Assembly (NCBI RefSeq): GCF_002113885.1
Contig: NW_018408761.1
Location: forward strand, 2,633,212 to 2,697,211
Length of the DNA stretch: 64,000 bases
Direction: 5' to 3'
DNA from: Mizuhopecten yessoensis
Lineage: Eukaryota
Every line of letters starts with the position of its first letter. Positions within the stretch are counted from its first letter, which is position 1. The notes beneath the pieces are model-generated. The model did not search any database, was not told the origin of the DNA, and saw only the letters and a program-made list of their open reading frames with translations. The position numbers were made by a program, and so were the translations under genes. Below are positions 23,655 to 35,600 of this stretch, one piece after another.

Positions 23655-26600
23655 CTTATAACAAAGAAAAGAATATTTTGCAAAATAAGTCCTATATTTG
23701 GACAAGACACTGATTAAAGTGCTGCAATGCAGGCGATCGCTGTCGGTCTTCTCCTGTTTTCTTGTCACACACACAAGCACCAACCCTTCCACACAAGGAC
23801 CTACCCACCCACACAAGGACCTACCCTTCCACACAAGGACCTACCCACCCACACAAGGACCTACCCTTCCACACAAGCACCAACCCTTCCACACAAGCAC
23901 CAACCCTTCCACACAAGGACCTACCCACCCACACCGCCACATACACAAGCACCAACCCTTCCACACAAGGACCTACCCACCCACACTGTCACACACACAA
24001 GCACCAACCCTTCCACACAAGGACATACCCACCCACACTGTGACACACACAAGCACCAACCCTTCCACACAAGCACCAACCCTTCCACACAAGGACCTAC
24101 CCTTCCACACAAGCACCAACCCTTCCACATAAGGACCTACCCTTCCACACTGTGACACACACAAGCACCAACCCTTCCACACAAGGACCTTCCCACCCAC
24201 ACTGTCACACACCCAAGCACCACCCCTTCCACATAAGGACCTGCCCTTCCACACTGTGACACAGACAAGCACCAACCCTTCCAAACAAGGACCAACCCTT
24301 CCACACAAGCACCAACCCTTCCACACAAGGACCTACCCACCCACACTGTGACGCACACTTACAAATCATATACACAGAATTATTCACATGTATGAACAAA
24401 TTAACCACATCCAACATATGTGAAACATATAGAATTTCATACCTGAATTGAAATACCTAAACCACAATCAGTCAAGACTTCTTAAATTTGAGGGAAAGTT
24501 GAATGTTCCCATATCAATAATTTGATGGTTGTTAAAAAAATAGATAAACCAACAAAAAAACCCATTTTGTTTTATGTTAATTTTTTGGCCTTTTTTGTTG
24601 CACCATGTAATTGTATGTAATTATACCAACACTGATACGTTTTCATCTGCTATGTTTATTGTCAAGTAAGAACAGTTGGTATACCATGATAGATACATTT
24701 TTGAAGAATGAGATATATTACATGACATTTTCGTAATATAAGTACATTTTGTATTGACTTGTATCTTTTCTGTATAGATTGGCTGCATAAAACCTATCAC
24801 TTTGTGTAAAAAAATTCAGCATATTTTACAGGAAATGTAATTAGTGGTGATTTGGATATTCTAAACAAAATTTTAATTTGAAAAGAATGATAAACATTCA
24901 AGAAATCCTATTTGGATACTCCTAGCATTAATATGTAGCAGCATGAAGTATTTTCAGCCAAGAAATCATACCATAAAAACCTAACACTGTTTTTCTTTAA
25001 ATATAAAACAAGGTTGAAAAATATTCATGACATTCACATTTAAGACTAGTTTTAAATCCCTGACACAAAATAAATGTGATAGATTTATCCAGCATCAGTA
25101 ACACTTACATCTTCACCCTCCGTTGGTATCTGTCTTTGTGTCCGTATAAATGTGAGACTCCCTTTCTTATAGTTGTAGTTTGGAATTCCCCTATAGGTAA
25201 AACAAAACATATCAAAGTTATAGTCGGTGTCAAACAACTTCATCACTGAGTTGATCAGCATCAATTATAGTCTGTATCAAACAACTTCATCACTGAGTAG
25301 ATCAGCATCAATTACAGTCCGTGTCAAACAACTTCATCAGAGTTGAGCAGCATCAACTATAGTCTGTATCAAACAACTTCATCATGGAGTAGATCAGCAT
25401 CAATTATAGTCTGTATCAAACAACTTCATCACTAAGTTGATCAGCATCAATTATAGTCTGTATTAAACAACTTCACCACTGAGTTGATCTGACAGCATCA
25501 ATTATAGTCTGTGTCAAACAACTTCATCACTGAGTAGATCAGCATCAATTATAGTCTGTATTAAACAACTTCACCACTGAGTTGATCTGACAGCATCAAT
25601 TATAGTCTGTATCAAACAACTTCATCGCTGAGTAGATCAGCATCAATTATAGTCTGTATCAAACAACTTCACCACTGCGTTGATCTGACATCATCAATTA
25701 TAGTCTGTATCAAACAACTTCATCACTGAGTTGATCAGCATCAATTATAGTCTGTATCAAACAACTTCACCACAGAGTTGATCAGTATCAATTATAGTCA
25801 AACAATGTAGAGTTTGTCAGTATTATGTATTAATTAAGTCTGTTATTTGAATAGCAATGTATCTATGAATTAAGCTGTGTTGTTTAAAAGAGCAAATACC
25901 TACCATACCATAATTAAAAAAATTGTTTGCTTGATTTCAGATTCGTGCAAAATGTAAATGATTACCAGATAACAGGAAAGTGACCCGAAACGACAGGCAA
26001 AACGCAAGCATTGTCTGATTGTTCTCACCTTTTTGTGGGGCCTGTAGGGGTGATTTGATTATCAATTTCCATACCCTTCTTCTTCCCATCCAGTCGGTTA
26101 CCAGAGCCACTAAATGCCTGCATTGATACATCAAGATCCCATGTTACTTTACACAATAAGAAACTAACAAATGGGCTTAGCATGAACAGATTTACTGAGA
26201 CTTTGCACCAAATTATTTCATATCAGATTTGATTGTGTCTAAAAAGATTTTGGGTTTATTTTCAAAATATATTCAACAATATGATTGATTCATCAAGTGC
26301 AACAAGGGAAAGGATTTCATTTTAGTCATCAACAGGTTGATTTTAATGCATTCAACAACATTTTTAACTTACCCTAAATGCATTATCCATACAATCGGCT
26401 ACGTCCATAGCATTCTGGAACAAAACAACAGATCAGGATATGATGAAATCAGTACCCAAAGTAAGACAACAATTCTGGCACTGGGGAAGAATATTTCCCA
26501 AGTAAGGGTGGATGGTTGGTGCAGTAGATAAGCACTCTCCTTTTTCACCACAACATCCAGGGTCCTCCTCGATTTGACGTGGTAAGTATTGGGTCACATG

Positions 26601-29600
26601 CCTAACTATGTGGGTTTTCTCAAGGTATTCTGTTCCCACATTAAGACCCCTACATGCTTCCATTGCCAACAAGAATGATTAAGATAAGTTGGAATATCTT
26701 GTTTCATAATTGTTGTAAAATAAAGTTTATATACATTTCATTCACAACTTAAAACCTGTGAAACCGCATACAGTGGGATACGATGTGAATATTTAACATG
26801 CTCCAGATAGCACATATGGAGATGATATCATATTCAGTCCAGGTGAGCCGAACAAAATTTTATGGTTTTCGAAAAGGATTTTAAAAACTTCATTTCTTTC
26901 CAAATAAAAATAAGACAAATAGACTGTAAACTTACATCTGCTTCTATTTCCTCCTCCTCTTGCTTCTTCATCGGTACTGGCTCCTTGTAGCCTACGGGTG
27001 GCGCAAAGTCTACCTGTAATCAGGTCAATCATTGTCACGATAAAAAAAATGAATGGCCAAACTGAAACCTGAACTTGGAACCTCCAAACTATCAACAGAT
27101 ATTCTAACCAACTGACCTGTCTCATTATCTGTGATTGACCAATTCAAGGAATGATTGCTACACAACACACATTACACCAATACTGTGGTCTACAGGGAGA
27201 ATTCAACCTATTAATGGAAACACTCAACTCAAAACTGTCAGATATTGTTTAAGATACAGCATGCTACAGTGTACAGCTGTCTGTTAGACATTTAAGGTAT
27301 TTAATACTTGACTATTTAAAGTTTGATGAAAACGCTGTTCAGAACTGAAGTCGAAAGAGCGAAGACAAAATACTTTCTCTAATGGTTAACGTGACCTTTG
27401 ACTAGACTTCCTGAAACACAAACTCCTATGAGGTATTCTCGAACTTGAATGTCACTATTGTATGAAGTTCGATCAAAATTTGTTGACAAAAGAATTTCTT
27501 TGGCACCCCCCAAAAAGATACACACATACTTATCTAGTACATACACTATTCACCATTATGATTTTCTCACAAAGGAATGTTAGGATAATCATAAGCTTTT
27601 TTACTCCATGTTCTAGATGTCAATTCTCATTCATATAAAAAATCTGCTATAATATAATAAGTACCATGGCAGCTGTTTTTTTAAACATAATACTAGGTAT
27701 GTTTAATTTTAAACTGATTTGTCATTTCTCATTTGCAAAGTCAACTGGATATATCTGATATGATATAATAATGAGATAAAACTAAATAACAGTTAACTCT
27801 TAAATGTTTCATAGTAATTCCTCTGGAAGCTGTAGGGTATGAATTAACAAAATGTGCATTGGAAAATTGATTTTATACAGAAATTCAATTCAACGTGTAG
27901 TACTCACGTTCATGTCACACTCTATAATGGACACTGCTCTGTCAGGTCGTGTCTCCAACACGAGCATCTCGTACTCCTGTGTAAACAAACATTGATAGTA
28001 ACAAATACTGATAGTAACAAACACTGATAGTAACAAACACTGATAGTAACAAACATTGATAGTAACAAACACTGTTAGTAACAAACATTGATAGTATCAA
28101 ACACTGATAGTAACAAACATTGATAGTAACAAACATTGATAGTAACAAACACTGATAGTAAAAAACACTGATAGTAACAAACATTGATAGTAACAAACAT
28201 TGATAGTGGGCTAGTAACAATAATAACAATCTAAATCAACCGGCTATCCTGGAAATATTCGAAGTTAAAAGTTTGTCTACACACATTTTTCTTGAGTTAA
28301 GGACATATGCTAGTTAATTGTGACATGTAGCTTATTTAAAAAAGTGCCACTCTTAAGAAATCTGTACAATCTCTGTGTAGTAATTCAAATTTTGATGATG
28401 TCACATTTGAATGTTATCTGTACTAGAATGCATTGATTAACATGTACTAAGTTTAATTTGAATGATTAGAGACTGTTTTTTTAAGGGAGACAACTCTAAG
28501 AGTCTAATGTTTGTGATAGCAAATATCTTAAGAAAAGTATACCAGCAATATTTACTAATACCAGACTGTTAAGTCGTTAAATTGGCCTAAGTCCTCCTGA
28601 AAGGTTTATAACACCAGGTTTGTCTACTTTTGACCATTATCACATGTGATTTATTTTTGTAAAATATAGATCCTCAGAAAACATTTAGTCATTTTTGAGA
28701 TTTGATATGTCACCATTATATTTAGGTTACACCAGAACACATAGTACCTACCCTTTCATTGTACTTTATAGAGATTATATCATCTGTTGACAAACAAGCA
28801 AAACTTCGCAGCATGTTCTCTAGGCTGAAGGCATAACTTAAGGATTATATATGAATTCATGAATCTCAGAAATAGGACCAAAAAAGGTGAAATATTTTTA
28901 CACTTTTTGAGTTTCTATGGCAAAAATTAAATAGAATAACAAATTGTTTTTAAATGTAAAATCACAAAATTAATGTTTCATGATATCCAGCATATACAAG
29001 ATTATTCCCTGGACTTATAATCCAATATATGTATACAGTACTGGGCACTGAGAAGGAAGTCCATCAGAGGTGCTACACATACTGGTGTCAGTGTGCTGAC
29101 TATATATATACAGTATTGGGCACTGAGAAGGAAGTCCATCAGAGGTGCTACACATACTGGTGTCAGTGTGCTGACTATATAGTAGCAAGGATACACAGCT
29201 TTGGGATTGGTGATGTCAAGGAAGTCCACACTCTGGGGCTGGAATCGTGCAAATGTGGCAACTTTGAGTGACATGTTTTCAACAGTTACCAAGTCCCCTT
29301 CTGTCAGTAATAGGTTCTTCATCATCTGTCAATGCACAAACATGGGTTCATTATAGACGTCAACAAGTCATGATTGGATTCAATCCCCGGGAAGTATTCA
29401 GTCAGAGCAACAGTCCTGAAATAGTTACGCCTCTGACATTGATATTGCAGCATTAGAATTAAAACAAAAGTACTGTCTGAGCAGTTATTCAGATAATGTC
29501 TTTTTTTTGTACAGTACTACTCAAAACATTTAATCAATTTTATGAAACATACCCTACATAAATGTAATAGGATTTTTTTTATGATTTTTTTTATATAATC

Positions 29601-32370
29601 GCAGAAAAATAGATAAAAATCTCATTAAGTTGACTTTAATGGTGATTTAGTGTTTTTAATTCACGTTGCTTTGATTTATTTAAAATATTTTGATACAAGT
29701 TAAAACAAACTTCAACTGATAAATGTATTTTACTTTTGTCTTGATGATTTGCATTTTTGTTTTTTACAAAATTCAGAAATGAGGTATTTTTTTGGAGGTC
29801 ACAATACACCTACGATACTTTACGGAATTTTTTCGTTTCTGAATTTAGTCTACTCATCTATTCCAATACATGGAGTGACAGCTCCAGCTCGGCATGCACG
29901 ACGAAAGACTAGAATTGTGTGAAACTTTAAAGTTATGCCTATTTTGGACCAAGTCTATTTCGAGTTGTAATATTTTCATTAAAATTTTGCAACAGATCTT
30001 TTCACTTTGCTTCTACTGTTACTATATGTATCGTGATATGTATTGTATCGTGATACATATTGTATCGTGACCACAGTATCCTGAAAGGTATCATATCGTC
30101 AGGTTAGTGTATCATTGCAGCCCTAGTATGCTGACCAACTCTATTCAGTATAATGATAAAGCGTACCCAGTATGGTATGAAGATCCTGCCTTCATCTGCA
30201 ACAAACTCCAGTACACCACAGTGTGTCTCCCTGGCCTTGCCTTTGTTGCTGAGCTTGAACAGCATTGGGTACTGTATATGGAGGCGAGCTATGGAATGAA
30301 GATTATCAAACAACCTGGTTTGTTACAAGAAATAATAAACTTAGAGACAAACTGTAGGTTCTTAGGAATATACAATTCAGTCCTTAATTAGAAACATTTT
30401 TTATGTTTCAAATCAGTTTACTTATTCTTAATAAGACACATTTTTTTGTGGTTCACAAAGAGGATTTTAACAGCATTAATGATTTGACAGCTTAGAAGAT
30501 GTTACACACATGGGCATGGCCATTAATTGACAGAAAAACCTAACAATGGTAACAGTGCCGATTGTTATACAATTACAAAGATGCATATCTAGATCAATGA
30601 AAACCTAAATAGTATTATACACCATGTAAGGCAGATTTTAGTTGTTCATAGGATTCCTGTTGCCTTCTAGCTTTTAGTACATGTCTACTAACCTATTAAA
30701 TGCTGAAGACATTTTAAAATATTAACTGTCATGTTGTCTTATAACAACTAAATGAAGTTGTAGATGTACTTACTTAATTTATCCAAAGCAGATGGTGGCA
30801 TCATGACTGAAAGGAATATCAAGAGATATGTAAAGCATGCTTGTCAGGTCTCCCTTTTAGGAAGGAGATCAATTGTTGATGTGCTTTTTTTAACCTCAAT
30901 TATGATCTTTGAAATCAGCAGAATTTCCTTCATTAATAATGGAACACTATGGTATGGAATATTCAAGATTTTAAACACAATAAAGCCGTCTACATTAGAA
31001 ACCTTGAAGAGAAGGAAATATTTATTATCTAAATAATCGAAGGTGACAAAACAGTGAAGTTCCCAAAACTAAACATACAGTAATACAAGAGATTAATAGA
31101 GGCCTTGAAAATTAAGATTGGTTAAAAAAATTGTCTATGATGTTCTTATATAGTAGGTTTTGATTATGCAACCCATAATACCTGACATAGATCCTTAGAT
31201 TATTGTTTCTTTATAGACAGTGTATGCTCTAGATATGGTCTCCATGCAGATGTTTCTTCATCAAAAATTGTGGATCAATGTTCTGACAAAGTTTGGAAAT
31301 AGGAGGTTGACTTGTATTACAGTAGCCCAAGTTTCCTCTGGCCCAAACACCAGTCTTGGACATTTTGACAGATAGATGTCTGGTGTGTGGGGGACAGAGC
31401 TCACTGTTGTATGAAAATGTGGAATTCTCAGACATCGTTTGGTGTCGGAGAGCTTTGAGGTGCTGACAACAAATATTGACTATGACACAACACATTACAC
31501 ATACCTCCCATACATTAATAAATGGATTATTTATTGATCCAAGTCCGCTCTTACTACCACCAACAGCTGCTAAATTCTGTCAGTAGTTTCCACGGTTTTA
31601 AATCGTTTAAAATTTCCCACCGGAGTGAACACCACTTTTGTAGGTCATGGGAGTGACAATGGTGAGCATGCTACTTACTTTTCCCTCCTCTCTCCACATC
31701 ATCTCGTTCTGTGGCCATCATGGACACAGAATAACATCTGTATGTCTCCTTAAACTTGTTTCCCATCTCAAATCCTGCTCTGCCGAAACCAAACTGTAAA
31801 ATATTTATATACATATATATTAGAATCAAATGAAATATTTATTGTATCTTTTCATACATATCTACAGTAAAATTATATTTACTTTCATTAAGGTCACAAC
31901 TGGTATTTTCCATTTTCCTTTTAGAATAGAAATTGTTTAATTCTGAAAATTCCTTTTTTCCTTCATCACCAGACCTTTCCATTTAAATTTTCCCTGCCCA
32001 TAACAATTTTAGAAGAGATTCCCCCACACATCCTTCCTTCTATTTCAACCCAAAAAAAAGATAAAAATAAAATCATCTAGCCCTAATAATATATATATTA
32101 TTGATTACATAAGATTTTTGTTTGGTGATACTGTACAGTACTTCCAGAAACTATGAATAACGTTACTTACAGTGCAGTTAGTGAAGTGTTTATTCAGTGA
32201 CCAACCACAGGCGCTTGTGTCTGGTATTTAATACCTGAACATATGTAAATACATGTACTGTTTGTAGCGGATTTTAGATTTTAGCTCAGGTATAAAATAC
32301 CAGATACAACTGCCTGTTGACCAACTACTGTATTGTAGGCATATGAAGCTCATATCAATATACAAACCAT
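23589..32370 (-). CDS. UFD1: Ubiquitin recognition factor in ERAD 1 (UFD1, p97/VCP-NPL4 cofactor); complete 12-exon gene, 903 nt, 300 aa
   Basis: Exons (minus): 32368-32370, 31679-31793, 30774-30806, 30167-30288, 29195-29325, 28752-28824, 27908-27976, 26936-27013, 26373-26414, 26029-26117, 25109-25190, 23589-23654. All junctions GT-AG with consistent phases. Motifs [57 protein letters not shown], and SHP boxes FSGSGNRL and FSGSGQAL. Confidence 0.97.
23765..24358. repeat. 20-bp C/A-rich minisatellite (ACACAAGCACCAACCCTTCC / ACACAAGGACCTACCCTTCC) in UFD1 intron 11
   Basis: Directly visible. Confidence 0.93.
25109..25190 (-). CDS. UFD1: UFD1 exon 11 ([16 protein letters not shown]...)
   Basis: Matches the conserved RGIPNYxxKxGxITFIR motif; tag acceptor, gtaagt donor. 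Confidence 0.93.
25217..25800. repeat. 47/51-bp tandem repeat (ATTATAGTCTGTATCAAACAACTTCATCACTGAGTTGATC[TGAC]AGCATCA) in UFD1 intron 10
   Basis: About 12 visible units; 47- and 51-bp forms alternate in the middle. Confidence 0.93.
26029..26117 (-). CDS. UFD1: UFD1 exon 10 ([15 protein letters not shown]...)
   Basis: SHP box; cag acceptor, gtgaga donor. Confidence 0.95.
26373..26414 (-). CDS. UFD1: UFD1 exon 9 ([14 protein letters not shown])
   Basis: Phase 0-0, ccag acceptor and gtaagt donor; supplies the FR preceding AFSGSG. Confidence 0.8.
26508..26665 (+). mobile_element. Degenerate tRNA-headed V-type SINE fragment
   Basis: GGTGCAGTAGATAAGCACTC (A-box-like) and GTGGGTTTTCTCAAGGTATTCTG (V-domain-like). 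Confidence 0.4.
26936..27013 (-). CDS. UFD1: UFD1 exon 8 ([12 protein letters not shown]...)
   Basis: Conserved motif; cag acceptor, gtaagt donor. Confidence 0.94.
27908..27976 (-). CDS. UFD1: UFD1 exon 7 ([23 protein letters not shown])
   Basis: Conserved motif; cag acceptor, gtgagt donor. Confidence 0.95.
27983..28207. repeat. 16-bp minisatellite (TGATAGTAACAAACAC/T) abutting the UFD1 exon 7 acceptor
   Basis: About 13 visible units. Confidence 0.93.
28752..28824 (-). CDS. UFD1: UFD1 exon 6 ([24 protein letters not shown])
   Basis: Matches LENxLRxFACLxTxDxIxIxYNE. Confidence 0.95.
28825..29194 (-). other. U12-type (minor spliceosome) GT-AG intron, UFD1 intron 5, 370 nt
   Basis: 5' splice site GTATCCTTG; branch-site-like TCCTTAAG at 28844-28837, 12 nt before the intron end; this junction restores the reading frame. 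Confidence 0.9.
29195..29325 (-). CDS. UFD1: UFD1 exon 5 (MMKNLLL...[10 protein letters not shown])
   Basis: Highly conserved UFD1 segment. Confidence 0.96.
30167..30288 (-). CDS. UFD1: UFD1 exon 4 ([12 protein letters not shown]...[13 protein letters not shown]...PYW)
   Basis: Highly conserved UFD1 segment. Confidence 0.96.
30774..30806 (-). CDS. UFD1: UFD1 exon 3 ([11 protein letters not shown])
   Basis: 33 nt, phase 1-1; cag acceptor, gtaagt donor. Confidence 0.93.
31679..31793 (-). CDS. UFD1: UFD1 exon 2 (FGFGRAG...YRCYSVSM...VERGGK)
   Basis: Conserved motif; cag acceptor, gtaagt donor. Confidence 0.94.
32207..32332. mobile_element. Small inverted-repeat (MITE-like) element in UFD1 intron 1
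   Basis: 32-bp arms 32207-32238 and 32286-32317 with 4 mismatches; right end ...CTACTG-TA. Confidence 0.55.
32368..32370 (-). CDS. UFD1: UFD1 exon 1 coding part (ATG only)
   Basis: acaacATG|gtttgt; exon 2 starts in phase 0 with F, so exon 1 must end on a complete codon. Confidence 0.75.
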
Positions 32371-32567
32371 GTTGTGTAGATGCTTTTGACGATCTTCTAG
32401 AACGGTTTATTTTAAGAAATTACTCAATTTTGAGACGTGTTAAATCGACAATGTGCGATGACAGGCAAGAACAGAAACCGGATGTATATATAATGAAAAT
32501 ACATATGCGCGTGCGCCTAAACTAAATTAGTTTCCGGTTTAAAAACCCGCCATAAACAAATGTGAAA
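32371..32567. promoter_or_regulatory. Compact bidirectional promoter and 5' UTRs shared by UFD1 and CDC45
   Basis: 197 bp between divergent ATGs. ETS-like ACCGGATGT (32477-32485) and TTTCCGGT (32531-32538), NRF1-like TGCGCGTGCGC (32506-32516), CCCGCCAT (32546-32553). Confidence 0.8.
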
Positions 32568-32618
32568 ATGTTCGTGAAAGATTTTAGAAAGGGGTTTTAT
32601 GATGTCGTGCAAAATCAT
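32568..32618 (+). CDS. CDC45: CDC45 exon 1 (MFVKDFRKGFYDVVQNH)
   Basis: Matches the CDC45 N-terminus; gtgagt donor. Confidence 0.95.
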
Positions 32619-35600
32619 GTGAGTATCTCATTTATTCTATGTATCTTATCAGATCTGTTCTTACTTTACTCTCACATAAACTCATCATATAGTATTAGCC
32701 TGATCTGTTTGTTGATAAATAATATAAATAATAACGTAATAATATTGACAATGATCAGATGATCTGATGATTTTGTACAGTATTTTTCATATAAATACAC
32801 TTATTTTTTTACAGTGTTTAGATTCTGTTATCGTAGTTGGTGTGTTGATTATTTTGATATCTCAAGTTAGTTCAGATTAGGCTAGACTTACAAAAGTAAG
32901 TATATTTACCGATTCAGAATTTGATAATACCACGGCACAGGAGCCTAAAGTTCTGTCAATAATGAATAATAACAGTAATGCAAACAAAATACCTATAATA
33001 TGCTTAAAAAATAGCATATTATAGGTATTTTGTTTGTATTACTGTTATTATTCATTATTGACAGAACTTCAGGCTCCTCTGAAAATACTGCTTTCAGAAT
33101 GAGATAAGATAAACATTATTTAAAGTCGGCTAGTCGAGGAATAACAATTGAACATTAAGACCAACATAACATAAGTCCGCTCTGGGAAGTATGGCAGCAC
33201 CTCCGTTTTGGAACATTATTTAACTTGTCCTGTTGGAAGTTCAGATGTCCGAACGAGCCCTGCCATGGGCCGAAGCCAGATAGATACATGAATTACCATA
33301 TTTCAGATGTTGGATCAATTGAAATATAGATGTGCAACTATACTAAAGTTGTTTCTTATTTATTTTTATAAAGTAGAATGTACTGTCATGATGGTGGTGG
33401 GACCATGCATGTATTCACAACTCTAATACTAGATCTATGTATACGTAATTAAGCTTAGAAGCTTCTACCACCAATAGCTTCGTCGTTAATTCAGATTGCA
33501 TTGTCTGAAAGTGAATGTTAGAAGCAAGGAAAACTAGAGACACGTGCAGACACATAATAATGTAAGGGCATAGGTTGATTGGGTGAAAATAAAAATAAAA
33601 TGATGAGTGAAATTTGCAATCAGACTCGACTTATTGCTATGCCAGGAACATAACATGGTAAGGAATTATATTCAAGGTAATTATATAATGAATGTATAAT
33701 ATAATATATATTATGATAGGGAAAACTGAGACTGGTGGATAAGGTTAACAAAGCTTATATATAATTACTGCATTGTTATCCCCCGCTTTCACCGAAACGG
33801 GGATATTAATTTGGGTTTGTCTGTCTGTCACACTTCGTTTCCGTGCAATAAATATAACTGCAACAAATGTTAACCCATTTTCTTCAAACTTGTTAACAGG
33901 TTTAAATGCCGTAAGGGCTCGACCAAGTTCGATGACTACTTTCAGCGGACTGTATTTGGCGGAGTTATGGCCCCTTTAATAACGAAACATAACCACTTTC
34001 AGCAGACTTTATTTGGCGGAGCTCGAGTTATATGGCCCCTTGAATAACGAAAAACATCATTATCTGCCGTTTCCTTGCAATAACTGCAACAAATGTTAAC
34101 CGATTTTCTTCAAACTTGGTATCATGGTTAAATGCCTTAAGGGCTCGGCCAAGTTTGACAACCACTTAAATCAGACTCCATTTGGCAGAGTTATGGCCCC
34201 TTGAATAACGAAAAACATCATTATCTGCCGTTTCTGTGCAACAAATGTTAACCGATTTTCTTCAAACTTGGTAACAGGGTTAAATGCCTTAATTATAAGG
34301 GCTCGGTCAAGTTTGACAACCACTTAAATCAGACTCCATTTGGCAGAGTTATGGCCCCTTGTTTAACAGAAAACATCATTATTTGCAGTTTCTGTATGTT
34401 TTTTTCAAGCTATACGTGATATTATGTCTCAACAGCACAATACTCACATGTTTAAAACTAACCTCAATAATGTTTACCTACAATATGTCCTGCAATCAGG
34501 GGATATAAATTCCATGAATTTGCTTGCTTATATATATATATTTTTTTATGACCATTCTATTTTCACAGAGAGTCCTGGTTCTTGTTGCCTTTGATGTTGA
34601 TGCTCTATGTGCGTGCAAGATACTTCAGGTAAATATGATCACAGGCTAGGGGTGTAAAAATCCACTAGCTGATGCCCGGGGCTACCAGATTTTCAGTTTG
34701 GGCTAGTGAAATTTAGAGGCTTATATTACTATAGCCCGGGGCTAGTGACTTTTTTAGGTTGTCATAATATAACTAACAAAAGTGCTTCTGTTCTATTCTA
34801 TCATCATGAGAGTAACCATTCAACATTTTAGCCTATAAATTCCTGGTAATTTTCACTACAATACCTATCAGAACACATGCAGTCATTCACGCCGCATTGT
34901 TTATGCAAGACATTCTGTTGCCTTTCACGTGTGCTATGTCAGGATGTGTGATAGTAGGCACTATTCACATCCTAAATAGCATTGAAAGTCTATACTAACC
35001 ACCAAATTGGCCCTCTTTGTTGCAAATCATTCTCTTTTATTTGATTTAAGCATGAATATGTGGGGTACAGAAATAAAGTTCATCTCTCCAAAAGTCGCAA
35101 GTCTGCCATGTTTGTTTTCTAATACTGAAACTGGGATCTGGACTGATTTTCAGGAAGAGTAAAATAAAAATCGCTAATATTGGTTTAAGTTTCAGTAACT
35201 TTTAAGGCATTCAATTATTAAAAAATATATAATATTATTTATTATTTAAGGAAAACATATTCATCTGTGAATGAGATATAGATTGTGTGATCATGTTGTC
35301 AGCTTGATCCATCTTTGAATGAGATATAGATTGTGTGATCATGTTGTCAGCTTGATCCATCTGTGAATGAGATATATATTGTGTGATCATGTTGTCAGCT
35401 TGATCCATCTGTGAATGAGATATAGATTGTGTGATCATGTTGTCAGCTTGATCCATTTTGTATTTGTCGGGCTAGCAGAATTTTATTTCGGGCCAGTGGA
35501 TTATTAGTGTCTATAAGCTGCTAGCCCGGGGCTAGTATTCTGAAAAACACTTTTACACCCCTGGATGATACTTTTGTATGAGAAAACGGTATTGCCTTTC

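Noticed and set aside
23698-24417. His/Thr/Pro-rich and Cys/Gly/Val-rich ORFs
   Set aside because: Translations of the 20-bp intronic minisatellite.
31229-31495. 88-aa minus-strand ORF in UFD1 intron 2, relatively GC-rich
   Set aside because: No recognisable homology; splicing in at the nearby ttgtcag acceptor reaches a stop after 11 codons; UFD1 is complete without it.
32225-32243. Alternative UFD1 first exon ATGTTCAG|gta
   Set aside because: It ends in phase 2, incompatible with phase-0 exon 2, and lies in an inverted-repeat element.
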